64,000 bases of DNA from Patescibacteria group bacterium (GTDB lineage Bacteria > Patescibacteriota > Doudnabacteria > UBA920 > O2-02-FULL-48-8), in the NCBI GenBank assembly GCA_036278915.1, contig DASUKB010000004.1:73441-137440 (forward strand). The letters run 5' to 3'. Shown piece by piece: positions 26,537 through 37,900 of the stretch. The position numbers and the translations under genes are program-made. The notes beneath the pieces were generated by a model, which was not told the DNA's origin, did not search any database, and saw nothing but the letters and a program-made list of their open reading frames with translations. How positions within the stretch are numbered: the first letter of the stretch is position 1; every line of letters begins with the position of its first letter.

Positions 26537-27391
26537 CTAAATTCGGATTTTCATCAATTTCTCGCGTGCCGGCTTGTTGGTCGGCTCCAGTTTGAGGATA
26601 CTCTCCAAAACTTCCTCAGCTCGAACTTTGTTGTCGAGCTTCATATACATATCCGCCAGCAGGAACTGGTAATTAAGATTTCCGGAATCCAAAGCTACGG
26701 CATGGGCAATTGCTTTTACGGCTTTGCTGGTTTGGTCAAGATTATCCAGGCAGAGTGCCAGGTTGATCCACCGGACAGGAATTTTGTCATTGAGGTCCAG
26801 CGCTTTTTGATAAGCATTCTGCGCCTGGGTAAACTTCTTGATGGAAAACAGCGACAGCCCGAGGTTGCTCCAATAAACATCGCGCATAGGATCAAGTTTA
26901 GTGAGGTACTCGAATGTCTCCGCGGCTTCGGAAAAATTTTTCTCTTGCAGATAAAGCCGGGCCAGTCCCTCGTATGCCGCGCTGTCGTTGCGATCGCGCT
27001 TGATGGCTTCCAAATACCGATGCTCCATATCTGTGGCTGTATCAGACGGGGCCAGTTCCGCTGCCTCCGGCATCCAGGCCGGTTCGGCCTCAGACTGACG
27101 GATGCGGATGCGGAACGCTTTTTTGGCTGGCGCAAGCGTAGTCTGGCCCGCGTGCATGAGCCGATTTATCGGCAGCGGTGGTTTGAGGTCCTTAGCTTCC
27201 AGAATGAAGTGCCAAATCTTCTCCAGACCAATACGGAATTTTCGTCCGACATAGCCCAAAAAGGAATCGGTGACTATAAGCACACGCATGCGACCCACGA
27301 CTCGTTCTTCGATAGTCGGGACTTTGGAAAGCAGCACCAAAACCAACCCCACAAACGATGCGCCAAAAATAATCCAGGCCGCAATTATCAT
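26537..27391 (-). CDS. TPR-repeat protein with N-terminal membrane anchor
   Basis: N-terminal TM helix, then several 34-aa TPR units with a W-LG-Y / A...A...P pattern. Confidence 0.7.
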   Translation of the reverse strand: MIIAAWIIFGASFVGLVLVLLSKVPTIEERVVGRMRVLIVTDSFLGYVGRKFRIGLEKIWHFILEAKDLKPPLPINRLMHAGQTTLAPAKKAFRIRIRQSEAEPAWMPEAAELAPSDTATDMEHRYLEAIKRDRNDSAAYEGLARLYLQEKNFSEAAETFEYLTKLDPMRDVYWSNLGLSLFSIKKFTQAQNAYQKALDLNDKIPVRWINLALCLDNLDQTSKAVKAIAHAVALDSGNLNYQFLLADMYMKLDNKVRAEEVLESILKLEPTNKPAREKLMKIRI

Positions 27392-27979
27392 TTATTCTGC
27401 TCCCAAAACAAATCTCGTGAACCGACGGACTTGGATATTTTCACCGAGCTTGGCCACTGTCTCGGCTATGAGATCAGAAACTTTTCGGTCCGGATCGCGC
27501 ACGTAAGGCTGGTCAAGCAAGCAGACCATTTCGAAATATTTCTCCAGCTTTCCGGAGATAATCTGCTCCTGCATAGCTTCGGGTTTGTCCTTGATCTGTT
27601 CGCGGTAAATGTTTTTTTCGTTCTCGTGCGCCTCATCCGGCACAGCTTCGCGCGACACGTACACAGGCGCGGCCGCGGCTATATGAAGCGCAATCTCCTG
27701 AGCGAGATTTTTGAATTCGTCATTTCGAGCCACGAAATCCGTTTCGCAGTTAAGTTCCAGCAAGACTCCTACTTTGCCGCCCGCGTGGATGTATGATGCC
27801 ACTAATCCCTCTTTAGCCGTACGTTCGCTTTTTTTTGCCAGAGACGCGTGACCTTTTTTGCGCAGTATAGCGACAGCGTCATCCATATCACCTGCTTCCT
27901 GGAGGGCTTTTTTGGCGGCCATCATGCCGGCACCCGTGGCCTCCCGTAATTTTTTGATATCGTCAGTTGTAAATTCCAT
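27392..27979 (-). CDS. tsf: elongation factor Ts
   Basis: [29 protein letters not shown] contains the UBA-like N-domain and EF-Ts core motifs. It lies downstream of rpsB. Confidence 0.9.
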   Translation of the reverse strand: MEFTTDDIKKLREATGAGMMAAKKALQEAGDMDDAVAILRKKGHASLAKKSERTAKEGLVASYIHAGGKVGVLLELNCETDFVARNDEFKNLAQEIALHIAAAAPVYVSREAVPDEAHENEKNIYREQIKDKPEAMQEQIISGKLEKYFEMVCLLDQPYVRDPDRKVSDLIAETVAKLGENIQVRRFTRFVLGAE

Positions 27980-28022
27980 ATGTTTTTTTCCTTTTAGAGA
28001 AAGGTTCTAATTCTAATTTGAA

Positions 28023-28748
28023 TTATTTTACAATTGCTGCGTTTTCGGTCTGCACCAAGCTGGCCGCAGATGCCTTGCCATCATTTATGGTATCGGCCAT
28101 GGCCTTGGCCATAAACTCGATGACTTTGATCGCGTCGTCATTGGACGGGATGACATAGTCAACCTTGGTCGGGTCGGAATTCGTGTCCACGAGTCCGATA
28201 ACTTTGACTTTGGACTGCCGTGCTTCGGTGACCGGGATGTGGTCATACTTGGTATCCAAAACGAATATGGCTTCCGGCAATTTTCTCATATCCTTGATGC
28301 CGGAAAAGAAAGTTTTCATTTTTTCCACTTCGCGGGCAATCATAAGCTGTTCTTTTTTCGTGTACTTGGAAATCTCGCCGTCGGCAATCATTTTCTCGTA
28401 GCGTTCCATTTTTTTGATTGTCCGCTGGATCGTGCGGAAATTGGTAAACGTGCCACCGAGCCAACGAGTGACTACGTATGGCATACCGCATGACTCGGCT
28501 GCGGCTCTGACCACTTCCTTGGCCTGGCGCTTGGTGCCGACAAACAAAACTGTGCCGCCATTGGCAGCGGTGGATTTGGCAAAATTCAAAGCCTCATCCA
28601 GCTTCTTTTTGGTTTTTTCCAAATCCAAAATATGAATGTTGTTGCGGTTGGTATAAATATACCCGGCCATTTTGGGATTCCACAAAGAGGTTTTGTGGCC
28701 AAAATGCACACCCGCCTTCAACATTTCCATTAACGAAATGTCCTTCAT
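28023..28748 (-). CDS. rpsB: 30S ribosomal protein S2
   Basis: MLKAGVHFGHKTSLWNPKMAGYIYTNRNNIHILDLEKT is the S2 signature. Confidence 0.9.
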   Translation of the reverse strand: MKDISLMEMLKAGVHFGHKTSLWNPKMAGYIYTNRNNIHILDLEKTKKKLDEALNFAKSTAANGGTVLFVGTKRQAKEVVRAAAESCGMPYVVTRWLGGTFTNFRTIQRTIKKMERYEKMIADGEISKYTKKEQLMIAREVEKMKTFFSGIKDMRKLPEAIFVLDTKYDHIPVTEARQSKVKVIGLVDTNSDPTKVDYVIPSNDDAIKVIEFMAKAMADTINDGKASAASLVQTENAAIVK

Positions 28749-28970
28749 AAACTATGATTCCTTATACTTCTGCTTTCGTCATCTGGTGTTGGGATTCTTC
28801 GGATTCATTGTCTTGATTCCGCAGAACAGGCCCCGGCACAATCAGAAAGCATGTAAAATTAATGACTTTGAGATTTTACCATAAACTGCAAGCTTTGGCA
28901 AGGCAAAAGAAAAAGCTCCCGGGAAGTGCTCCCGAGAGCTTGAACGAATGATTTCCTTAAGAACAACACA

Positions 28971-29171
28971 TCATGCTGCGCTGTCGGGGTACCCGGGCTC
29001 GTGTGAGTTCATGAATGCCCGGATAACTTTCCTCCCCAGCGGACTGTCACTGGGAACGGGAATGCGCTCTTTCCCCTCATAAATCTCTTTCACTTTCCGC
29101 TTGCCACTGAAGGGCAGTTCGTACACGATCTCGTATTCCCTGCCGTCGTAACGAACTTTGTTTATCAACAT
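28971..29171 (-). CDS. hypothetical small protein
   Basis: 66 aa, preceded by a strong SD (caGGAGGAGcaa-ATG). No family recognised. Confidence 0.4.
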   Translation of the reverse strand: MLINKVRYDGREYEIVYELPFSGKRKVKEIYEGKERIPVPSDSPLGRKVIRAFMNSHEPGYPDSAA

Positions 29172-29384
29172 TTGCTCCTCCTGCCAGTTGACTCAAAATA
29201 ATAGCGCAAAGTCCGACCAAAGTCAACGGCCTGCCTGCCCGTACGTACCGCGTACGTACCAAATAAAACAACTCACCCGAGCACCCTCATGTTACCCACC
29301 CTCTCTTTGCCAAAGAGAGGGTGGAACCACAACCAAGCTGCCGGCCTTGATTTAATCTTAAAACGGTGTTATACTTTGCAAGTT

Positions 29385-29633
29385 ATGAAAACTAATTTAC
29401 ACCCAACTTATTTCACGGATGCCAAGGTTGTTTGCGCCTGCGGCAACGTATTCCATACCGGTTCCACCAAACAGGAACTGCATGTTGAAATTTGCTCAAA
29501 TTGCCATCCATTCTACACAGGCAAGCAGAATTTACTGGATATTGCCGGTACTATTGATAAATTCAAAAAGCGCGCAGGCAAATCCACTGAGATCAAATCC
29601 AAGCGCATTACCAAAAAACTAGCCAAGGCTTAA
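29385..29633 (+). CDS. rpmE: 50S ribosomal protein L31
   Basis: [48 protein letters not shown] contains the L31 Cys-x-Cys ... Cys-x-x-Cys-HPFYTG signature. An extended -10 TGTTATACT ends 9 nt before the ATG. Confidence 0.85.
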   Translation: MKTNLHPTYFTDAKVVCACGNVFHTGSTKQELHVEICSNCHPFYTGKQNLLDIAGTIDKFKKRAGKSTEIKSKRITKKLAKA

Positions 29634-29692
29634 ATACCAAAAACACGCTTTATTGATATAATATCCTTAGGCGTGTTTTTTATTGCAATACT

Positions 29693-30745
29693 ATGGAACT
29701 TAATTATTCACACATCATCAAAGAGTATGAGGATGTTCTCAAAAAACTTGAGAATACTCCGGATCCTTATGAACTGGCCAAGCTCGGCAAACGCAGCGCC
29801 GAGCTTTTACCCGTGGTTGAAAAAATCAAGCGCCTGGAAAAATTACAAGCCGACATTTCCGAGCACGAAAAATTGATTGCAGAAAAATCAGAGTTGTCTG
29901 AAATGGCAGCCGCGGAACTGCCTGATTTAAATTCGGAGCAGACAAACCTTTTGGAAGAAATCCGCATCTGGATGCTGCCGCGTGATCCATTTGACGACAA
30001 AAACTCCATCATAGAAATCCGTGCCGGCGCTGGCGGAGACGAGTCAGCCCTGTTTGCCGCGGAACTTTACCGCATGTATTCCAAATATGCAGAATCGCTC
30101 AAATTCAAAGTCGCTGTAGCTTCGGCGAGCCGCAATTCTCTGGGCGGCTTTAAGGAGATCATCTTTGAAATCCTAGGACGTGGCGCGTACAGCAAATTTA
30201 AATACGAATCTGGGGTGCACCGCGTGCAGCGCGTGCCGGAAACCGAAAAAAGCGGCCGGGTCCACACCTCCACAGTCACTGTGGCCGTCATGCCGGAAAT
30301 CGAAGAACAGGACTTCAAACTCGACCTCAAGGATTTAAAGATTGAAGCCACTACTTCTTCGGGCCACGGCGGCCAGTCAGTAAACACAACGTATTCGGCA
30401 ATTCGCATGACCCATATACCCACAGGCATCACGGTATCTATGCAGGACGAACGATCTCAGTCCCAGAACCGCGAAAAGGCCATGAATATTATGCGTGCTC
30501 GCGTTATGGCTTACGAGGAAGAAAAGAAAATGAAAGATTTGCGACAGAAGCGCAAAAGCCAAATTGGCACCGGCGACCGTTCGGAAAAAATACGCACTTA
30601 TAATTTCCCGCAAGACCGCATCACCGACCATCGCATCAACCAGAATTGGAACCAAATCGGGCAAATTTTGGAAGGCAATTTGGGCCCAATCACTGAAGCA
30701 ATGATTGCCGAAGATCAAAAAAGACAATTAGAAAAATTGACCTAA
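29693..30745 (+). CDS. prfA: peptide chain release factor 1
   Basis: GGQ motif ([24 protein letters not shown]) and a PxT-type codon-recognition region ([14 protein letters not shown]). Confidence 0.9.
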   Translation: MELNYSHIIKEYEDVLKKLENTPDPYELAKLGKRSAELLPVVEKIKRLEKLQADISEHEKLIAEKSELSEMAAAELPDLNSEQTNLLEEIRIWMLPRDPFDDKNSIIEIRAGAGGDESALFAAELYRMYSKYAESLKFKVAVASASRNSLGGFKEIIFEILGRGAYSKFKYESGVHRVQRVPETEKSGRVHTSTVTVAVMPEIEEQDFKLDLKDLKIEATTSSGHGGQSVNTTYSAIRMTHIPTGITVSMQDERSQSQNREKAMNIMRARVMAYEEEKKMKDLRQKRKSQIGTGDRSEKIRTYNFPQDRITDHRINQNWNQIGQILEGNLGPITEAMIAEDQKRQLEKLT

Positions 30746-30819
30746 TTACTAATTAATCTAATTTTCTAACAATCTAAAGTTTAGACCAATTAGAGCACTT
30801 AGAAATTAGAAATTCCTAC

Positions 30820-31719
30820 ATGACTATTCACGACCTTATAAAAGTTGCGGAAAAGAAACTCAAAAACAGCACCTCGCCCGTACTGGACGGCGAAGTGCTG
30901 TTGTCTTTTGTAATCAGGAAACCCAGAGAATACCTGCTGGCAAACCCAAGGCGAAACGTAAACCCCAAATTTGAAAAAATCTATTTCCGACTCATCAACA
31001 AGCGCCTCCTGGGCTGGCCCGTGGCATACCTCACCAAACATAAAGAATTTTTCGGACTCAATTTCTACGTCGACAAAAACGTACTCATCCCCCGTCCGGA
31101 AACGGAAGGGCTGGTAGAGAGAGTAATTGATTACGTAAATAATTACGTAATCAAAAAGCAGCTCAATATCCTTGATGTCGGTACTGGCTCCGGATGCATT
31201 ATAATCTCACTCGCTAAAAATCTAGGCCGCAAAAATCACTACCTTGCTTCGGATATTTCGCCGCGCGCCATAAATATTGCCAAAAAAAATGCCAAACTGC
31301 ACAAAACCAAGGTAACATTTGGGGACGGCAATTTGCTTGAACCCTGGCTTGTCCGCAGAAACCCCCGCTCCATTGCGACCACGGCAGTAAGCCGAGTTAG
31401 CGGAGGCGGAGGAGACATGAAATTCGACATTATAGTCGCAAACCTCCCATATCTTAAGCGCGAATCAGACCCATCTACCAAATTTGAACCAAAGGGCGCG
31501 CTCATCGCCGCCAAAAAAGGTACGATGCTTTATGAAGAACTGTTTAAACAAACCTCATCCCTTACCTCTCTCCCCTCATCTCTGTTTATCGAAATCGGCC
31601 GGGACCAAGGACCGATTATAAAAAAAGTGGCCAAGAAATATTTACCAAATTACAAACCTCAAATTTACAAAGACCTTTTCGGCCGGACGCGCTACGCCAG
31701 CATGCAAAAAGTTAATTAA
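30820..31719 (+). CDS. prmC: release factor glutamine N5-methyltransferase PrmC (HemK)
   Basis: SAM motif LDVGTGSGCI and catalytic motif IIVANLPY (an NPPY variant). It lies directly downstream of prfA. Confidence 0.8.
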   Translation: MTIHDLIKVAEKKLKNSTSPVLDGEVLLSFVIRKPREYLLANPRRNVNPKFEKIYFRLINKRLLGWPVAYLTKHKEFFGLNFYVDKNVLIPRPETEGLVERVIDYVNNYVIKKQLNILDVGTGSGCIIISLAKNLGRKNHYLASDISPRAINIAKKNAKLHKTKVTFGDGNLLEPWLVRRNPRSIATTAVSRVSGGGGDMKFDIIVANLPYLKRESDPSTKFEPKGALIAAKKGTMLYEELFKQTSSLTSLPSSLFIEIGRDQGPIIKKVAKKYLPNYKPQIYKDLFGRTRYASMQKVN

Positions 31720-31757
31720 AAAATCCCGGAATAAATCCGGGATTTTAATTTGGGGTA

Positions 31758-32435
31758 TTATTCTTTGGTCTTGGCCTCTTCGGTCTTGTTTTCCTCACCA
31801 GGGGCTTCTGGCTTGACCACGCCTTCAACTTTGGATACATCCTCAACCACAGGTTTCTCGGACAAAGAAGCCATTTCCTCTTCGGACCGCGGCGCGGTAA
31901 CTGTAGCCACGACTTCGTCGCCTGGCGTGAGCACCTCCACTTTGTCGGATACTTTAAGATCACTGACGTGGATGTCGTCTTCAAACGTATTGAGAGCAGA
32001 GATATCAACTTCAAATTCGTGAGGCAAATCGCCCGGCAGACACTCAACTTCGATTTCCGACAAGTTCTTGACCAGCGTGCCGCCCAAAGCCTTTACGGCC
32101 TGGGACTCGCCCACAAAATGCAAAGGAATATTGGCCTTGAGTTTCTCGGTCATATTCACGGCATAAAAATCCACGTGGATCGGCTGGCCGTGCAAAAAAT
32201 GCCTCTGTACTTCCTGAATAAGCACCGGCTGGGTCTTGCCTTCGTAAGTGAGCTTAACAAGTGTCGATTCACCTGCGGCGCGGAAGACTTTCAAAAATTC
32301 GCGCTCATCTATTTCAATTTCGGCATTGGAAAGATTGTGGCCATAAAGCACACCCGGCAATTTTCCGGTTTTGCGCAATTTGGCAGCTGCTTTTCCTTTG
32401 ACTGTTCTCTTATTGGCGGTAATTGCAATTTCCAT
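31758..32435 (-). CDS. rplY: 50S ribosomal protein L25 / general stress protein Ctc (long form)
   Basis: MEIAITANKRTVKGKAAAKLRKTGKLPGVLYG... contains the L25 beta-barrel motif, and there is an acidic C-terminal extension. Confidence 0.85.
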   Translation of the reverse strand: MEIAITANKRTVKGKAAAKLRKTGKLPGVLYGHNLSNAEIEIDEREFLKVFRAAGESTLVKLTYEGKTQPVLIQEVQRHFLHGQPIHVDFYAVNMTEKLKANIPLHFVGESQAVKALGGTLVKNLSEIEVECLPGDLPHEFEVDISALNTFEDDIHVSDLKVSDKVEVLTPGDEVVATVTAPRSEEEMASLSEKPVVEDVSKVEGVVKPEAPGEENKTEEAKTKE

Positions 32436-32531
32436 AAAAGTTTCTTATTAGCTGCCATATAATAACATTTCCCGACGATGGCGTCAACAGCGACAAAAAA
32501 CGGCCCGAAGGCCGCGGGACTTGTGAGGAAA

Positions 32532-32888
32532 CTATCTTAAGGCCGAACGAAAATCACCGTCAAATGTACGGAAGAATTCGTGGGTAGCCAAAACCTCGTC
32601 GGGTGAAATAGGTTCGCGGTCTTTGAACTTAAGCGTATCCTGACTGGTGAGGTCCGTGACTGTGGCCACGGTAAAAATTTCCGGCCCGTCTATGGCTATG
32701 GAAAACATAACGGATGATTTGCACTTGTCGCAGTCAGTGTGCACCAAAAGACTGCCGCCAATCGTCGGCTTATCTTCGCCTTCTATAACCCGAGTTTTTT
32801 CCAGGTCATATTTCTGGCCGCAAACGGGACAGCGCAGTATTTGCGACAGCCAAGCGACTATTTTTTTAATATCAAATTTATTACTCAT
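32532..32888 (-). CDS. hypothetical zinc-ribbon protein
   Basis: CPVC...(26 aa)...CDKC is a four-Cys pattern. No family recognised. Confidence 0.4.
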   Translation of the reverse strand: MSNKFDIKKIVAWLSQILRCPVCGQKYDLEKTRVIEGEDKPTIGGSLLVHTDCDKCKSSVMFSIAIDGPEIFTVATVTDLTSQDTLKFKDREPISPDEVLATHEFFRTFDGDFRSALR

Positions 32889-32941
32889 CTAATATTATAA
32901 TAAAACTCTCAAAGACTCCCGTCAATCCAAATTTGTGCGAT

Positions 32942-34048
32942 TCAATTAAACCTTATGGCTTTTTGGCGGGCCACTACGCTCTGAAGCAATCCCAAGGCTG
33001 CAAATGTGGTAATAAGCGAACTGCCGCCGTACGACAGAAGCGGCAGCGGAATGCCCGTTACGGGCAAAATGCCGATATTCATGCCGATGTTTATCAACAC
33101 CTGGACCAAGAGCATAAAAAATATGCCCAACGACAAGTACATGCCGAAGTTGTCGCGCGCGGTCCGCGCGGTTCGGATCATGCGGTAAAGCAAAATCGAA
33201 AACAAGGCCAGGATAAACAAACTGCCTAAAAGCCCCAACTCCTCGGCAGTGGATGCAAATATAAAGTCTGTCTGCTGTTCCGGCAAAAATTTCAGCTGTG
33301 ACTGCAATCCGCGCCCGACTCCCCGGCCAAAGATGCCACCAGAACCCACGGCGATAATTGATTGCAAGACATTGTATCCGGAGCCGCGCGGATCAAGAGA
33401 TGGATTGAGGAATGTGTAGACACGCGCTTTCTGGTATGGCTGCAGTAAAAATACCCAGGAAATTCCCGCAAGCAACAACAAGCCTACGATCATCACCAGC
33501 AATTGCTTTTTATTCATGCGAGAAAAAATCAACATAGCAAACCAGGTCGCAAACACCACTAGGCTTGAACCCAAGTCTGGCTCAATTAAAATGAGCCCGA
33601 CTGGCACAGCCACGTAGAATGCCGACAAAATTACATACCGGAAACTTTTTATCTTTTCGCCCGTACTATCCAAAAATTTAGCCATGATGATGACCATGAC
33701 GAGCTTGGCAAATTCCGCGGGCTGGACGCGAAAAATCCCTAAATCAATCCAGCGCGTGCTGCCTCGGATGTTGCGGCCCACAAACCAAACCAAAAGCAAC
33801 AGCACTACGATCAACAAATACAGCCACCAGGTGGCGGATTTAAGGTTGCGGTAATCAAAGAACGCCAGGAAAAAAAAGATTGCCAGTCCTATGACGCTAT
33901 AGGCCAACTGCCGCGGCATAAGATTGGTGGGGCTTGAAAGCGTAGTCGAATAAATCATGAGCAGACCCAAAACAAGCAGCAACATGCTGCTTGTAAACAT
34001 AGACAGGTCAAAATATCGAAATTGCGCTAACCAGTGCTTCATAATCAA
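32942..34048 (-). CDS. ftsW: SEDS-family peptidoglycan glycosyltransferase (FtsW/RodA)
   Basis: About 10 TM helices and SEDS conserved blocks (PAEFAKL; NIGMNIGILPVTGIPLPLLSYGGSS). Confidence 0.85.
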   Translation of the reverse strand: MIMKHWLAQFRYFDLSMFTSSMLLLVLGLLMIYSTTLSSPTNLMPRQLAYSVIGLAIFFFLAFFDYRNLKSATWWLYLLIVVLLLLVWFVGRNIRGSTRWIDLGIFRVQPAEFAKLVMVIIMAKFLDSTGEKIKSFRYVILSAFYVAVPVGLILIEPDLGSSLVVFATWFAMLIFSRMNKKQLLVMIVGLLLLAGISWVFLLQPYQKARVYTFLNPSLDPRGSGYNVLQSIIAVGSGGIFGRGVGRGLQSQLKFLPEQQTDFIFASTAEELGLLGSLFILALFSILLYRMIRTARTARDNFGMYLSLGIFFMLLVQVLINIGMNIGILPVTGIPLPLLSYGGSSLITTFAALGLLQSVVARQKAIRFN

Positions 34049-34884
34049 AACTCCGACTGACCCGGTGGCAGTTCATAAACGCCCGGATCAAAGATATCCA
34101 CTTCCGGCAAAACCTCGGCCCGCACAGCTTGTGGGTTGTTGGGCCAAGCTAGCTGGAATGACCGCGATTCCCCGTAAGCCACATCATTGATATTGGTATA
34201 GTTGGCGCCAACGACACTGCCAGCGCTGTCGTACAGCAAAACTGGCAGTCCCACTTCTTTAATAGTGAATGGCGTATTGTTTTTGATGCTGCCGGAAACG
34301 ACTAGCTTCCCGTCCGAAACTTCAAGACTGACCCGCTCCACACTTAGGGTTGGCTCTGGCTTGTTGTCCGGCTTGCGAATAAACTGCGTATCGCCCAAAG
34401 TCACTTTCAAAATCGCAGGTTCGCGGTCCGTGCTAAACCTTGGAAAAACCAAAATCTTTTCCGAAGCCGGCAAGACAAAAGTTTTGCTGGTAATGCGTGT
34501 GACTTCCGTGCCGCCGGTGGTATAAAAAACCGCAGTGTAGGGCTGCTCCGCTGCTCCCCAATCTAGATTCTGGCTGTTTCGGATGCGCATATACCCGCCA
34601 TAACTTCCGTCGGCAAGCTTGAAAACTTTCGTATCAACGACTTGCAGAGGCAGTTTAGCTTCGTCTTGGTAAATATAAGCGGGAAACGTATGCGAAGCTA
34701 TATCCGCAGTAGTAAAGACATTGCGCAATACATAATACAGCGGGATACACAATATAACCACGGCAATGGCTGCATACCACCACAGCTTGGATACGGCGCG
34801 GATGCGATCCGTGAGCACTATTGTAAATTCCTGGAGTTTTTCAGTCTGGTCTTGGTTTGGATTTTGAGCTGGAGTTCCTTCCAT
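34045..34884 (-). CDS. hypothetical membrane-anchored protein (co-transcribed with ftsW)
   Basis: Single TM helix, then about 220 aa of extracytoplasmic beta-rich sequence. The stop overlaps the ftsW start. Confidence 0.45.
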   Translation of the reverse strand: MEGTPAQNPNQDQTEKLQEFTIVLTDRIRAVSKLWWYAAIAVVILCIPLYYVLRNVFTTADIASHTFPAYIYQDEAKLPLQVVDTKVFKLADGSYGGYMRIRNSQNLDWGAAEQPYTAVFYTTGGTEVTRITSKTFVLPASEKILVFPRFSTDREPAILKVTLGDTQFIRKPDNKPEPTLSVERVSLEVSDGKLVVSGSIKNNTPFTIKEVGLPVLLYDSAGSVVGANYTNINDVAYGESRSFQLAWPNNPQAVRAEVLPEVDIFDPGVYELPPGQSEF

Positions 34885-34969
34885 GATGCCTAATATTATA
34901 CCATTTAGAAACCATTTCGCCCAAATTGGTCACCCGACCCCACTTTTGATAAACTAGAAAGATACACGC

Positions 34970-37900
34970 ATGAACAATCAAGAATTTCAACAAAATCCAA
35001 AAAGTGGGGCTGCGTTCACTCACCTCCACGTCCATTCGCATTTTTCGCTCCTGGATGGCCTGTCGCAAATCCCGCAGCTGACTGCGGCTGCGAAAAATTT
35101 GGGATTCGAAAGCCTGGCTCTCACCGACCACGGCGTTATGTATGGCGTGATTGAATTCTATAATGCCTGCCTCGATGCCGGCATCAAACCGATTATCGGA
35201 GTGGAGGCATATGTCGCTCCCCGAAGTCTATCCGATAAAGACAGCAAGGAAGATGCAAATTATTTCCATTTAACCCTGCTGGCGGCAGACGAATTGGGAT
35301 ATCACAACCTGCTTAAGCTAACAACGATCGCACACACTCAAGGTTTCTACTACAAACCACGCATCGATTTGGAAGTCCTCCGCGAGCATTCGCAAGGTCT
35401 GATTTGTTTGTCCGGCTGCCAGCGCGGAGAAATTGCACGCGCGGCGTTGCATAAATCCGAAACAGAAGCCCAGGCCAGCTTGGAAAAATATCTCCAGATT
35501 TTCGGTCCTGAAAAATTATTCATTGAAATCCAGCGCAACAGTTTAAATTTGGATCCGCAGGAAGAAAAACTTAACCAAAGGCTTATCGCGCTTGCGCGCA
35601 AAAACAATCTTCGCGTCGTGGCCACTTCTGACTGCCACTACATAAATCCCGAAGATGCCGAAGCCCAGGACGTGCTGGTTTGCATAGGCACAGGCAAAAC
35701 CGTGCAGGACGATGACCGGCTGGATATGCGCAGCCACGACCTGTCGCTTAAATCAGCAGAGCGCATGGCCGAACTTTTCGCCGACATTCCGGAAGCCGTG
35801 AGCAACACGCAAATCGTAGCGGATATGTGCAACCTCAAAATCCTCACCAACCAGCGCTATTTCCCGCAGGTTGAATTGCCCGAAGGAAAAACTTCTGCCG
35901 AATTCTTGCGTGATTTAACTTACGACCGAGCGAATATTTTGTATGGCCACAACGGCGAAATTCCTGTCGATATCAGACAGCGCATCGACTACGAACTAGA
36001 CATCATAATCAAAAAGGGATTTGATACCTATTTTTTGATGGTTGCCGACGTGGTCGAGGGCGCTCATAAAATCGGCGCCATTACCAATACTAGAGGTTCA
36101 GCCGCTGGATCGATTGTCGGCCGATCGTTAGGGATTACAAACGTTGACCCGCTCTACTACGAACTGCCTTTTGAAAGATTTTTAACCGAATTCCGGCCCA
36201 CCCCGCCTGATATCGATTTGGACATAGCCGACAACCGACGCGACGAAGCCATAGCCTACATTACCGAAAAATACGGCCACGAAAAAGTCGCCCAGATTAT
36301 AACGTTTGGAACTATGATGGCCCGCGCCGCCGTGCGCGACGTCGGCCGCGCGCTCGGCATACCCTACTCCAAATGCGACAAAATCGCGAAGATGATTCCG
36401 CTGGGCAAACAAGGGTTCCACATGACTTTGGATAAGGCATTGGATATGAATGCAGAACTTAAAAGTGTTTACGAGCGCGATCCGGAGACCCGGCAAATCC
36501 TCGATATCGCCAGAAAGCTTGAAGGAAGCGCCAGGCACGCGTCCATCCACGCCGCGGGAATTGTGATTACACCCACGGCGCTCACCGACTACATGCCGCT
36601 GCAGCTTGAACCCGACGGGAATCGGACAATTACGCAGTACGATATGTACGCGCTCGACGTGAATGCCAATTCCAAGGCCATTGGCGTGGTCAAGCTGGAT
36701 TTGCTCGGCATCCGCAACCTGTCCATTTTGGAAGCTTCCGTGCGCATAGCCCAAGCTCGCCACGGCGTAGCAATTGATATTTATAATCTCCCCCATCCGG
36801 ATCCGAAGACCTTTAAGCTTTTATCCGAAGGCCATACTTTCGGCGTGTTCCAACTGGGCTCACAGGGAATGACGCGATATATGAAAGAGCTCAAACCAAA
36901 AAATATTTTTGACATCATGGCCATGATCGCCTTATACCGGCCAGGACCTATGGGCATAATCCCCGAATACATCCAGCGCATGCACCGGCCGAGCAAAGTC
37001 GAATACTTTGACCCGCGTATGGAAGAATACCTCAAGCGCTCACTTGGACTTTTGGTGTACCAAGACGATGTCTTGTCCACGGCCGTAAAAATTGCCGGTT
37101 ACAGCTACGTGGACGCGGACAAACTCCGCAAAGCCATGGGCAAAAAAATTCCCGCAGAAATGGCCAAACAAAAAGCCAAGTTTATAGAAGGCTGCATGCA
37201 GGGCGGCATGTCCAACCAAAAAGCCACGGATCTCTTCGGACTCATCGAGCCGTTTGCCGCCTACGGCTTCGGCAAGTCGCATGCTGCGTCATATGCGGCC
37301 GTGTCGTACCAGACGGCGTATATGAAAGCCAATTACACTGTGGAATTTATGGCCGCGGTTATGACTGCCGAATCCGGCGATATGGACACAGTTGTGGAAG
37401 CCGTGGAAGAATGCCGCAATCTCCAAATTTTCGTACTGCCGCCGGATGTAAACGAATCGATGAGCAACTTTACGGTAATCGATGAACACCACATCCGCTT
37501 TGGACTCAATGCCATCAAAAATTTGGGCTCTGACGTGGTTGAGGCCATCCGGCAGGCGCGCAAAGAATCCGGAAAATTCGAAAATATCGAAGACTTCGTG
37601 ACACGCATCAATGTCCGCAATTTCAACAAAAAATCCTGGGAAGCGCTTACCAAATCCGGTGCGCTCGATTCCTTGGGCGAACGCGGCAAACTTCTGGCCA
37701 ATACCGAGTTGATTTTGGAATTTGCTCGCAACCGGCTGCGCGATCTGTCCTCCAACCAAACCAGCCTGTTTGGGAATCTGCCGCAGTCTCGCGCCAAATT
37801 GACTCTTCGTGATTCCGAACCGGCCACCAAAAAAGAAACCCTAGCCTGGGAAAAAGAACTGCTAGGCCTTTACCTGACTGCGCATCCGCTCGATGAGCAT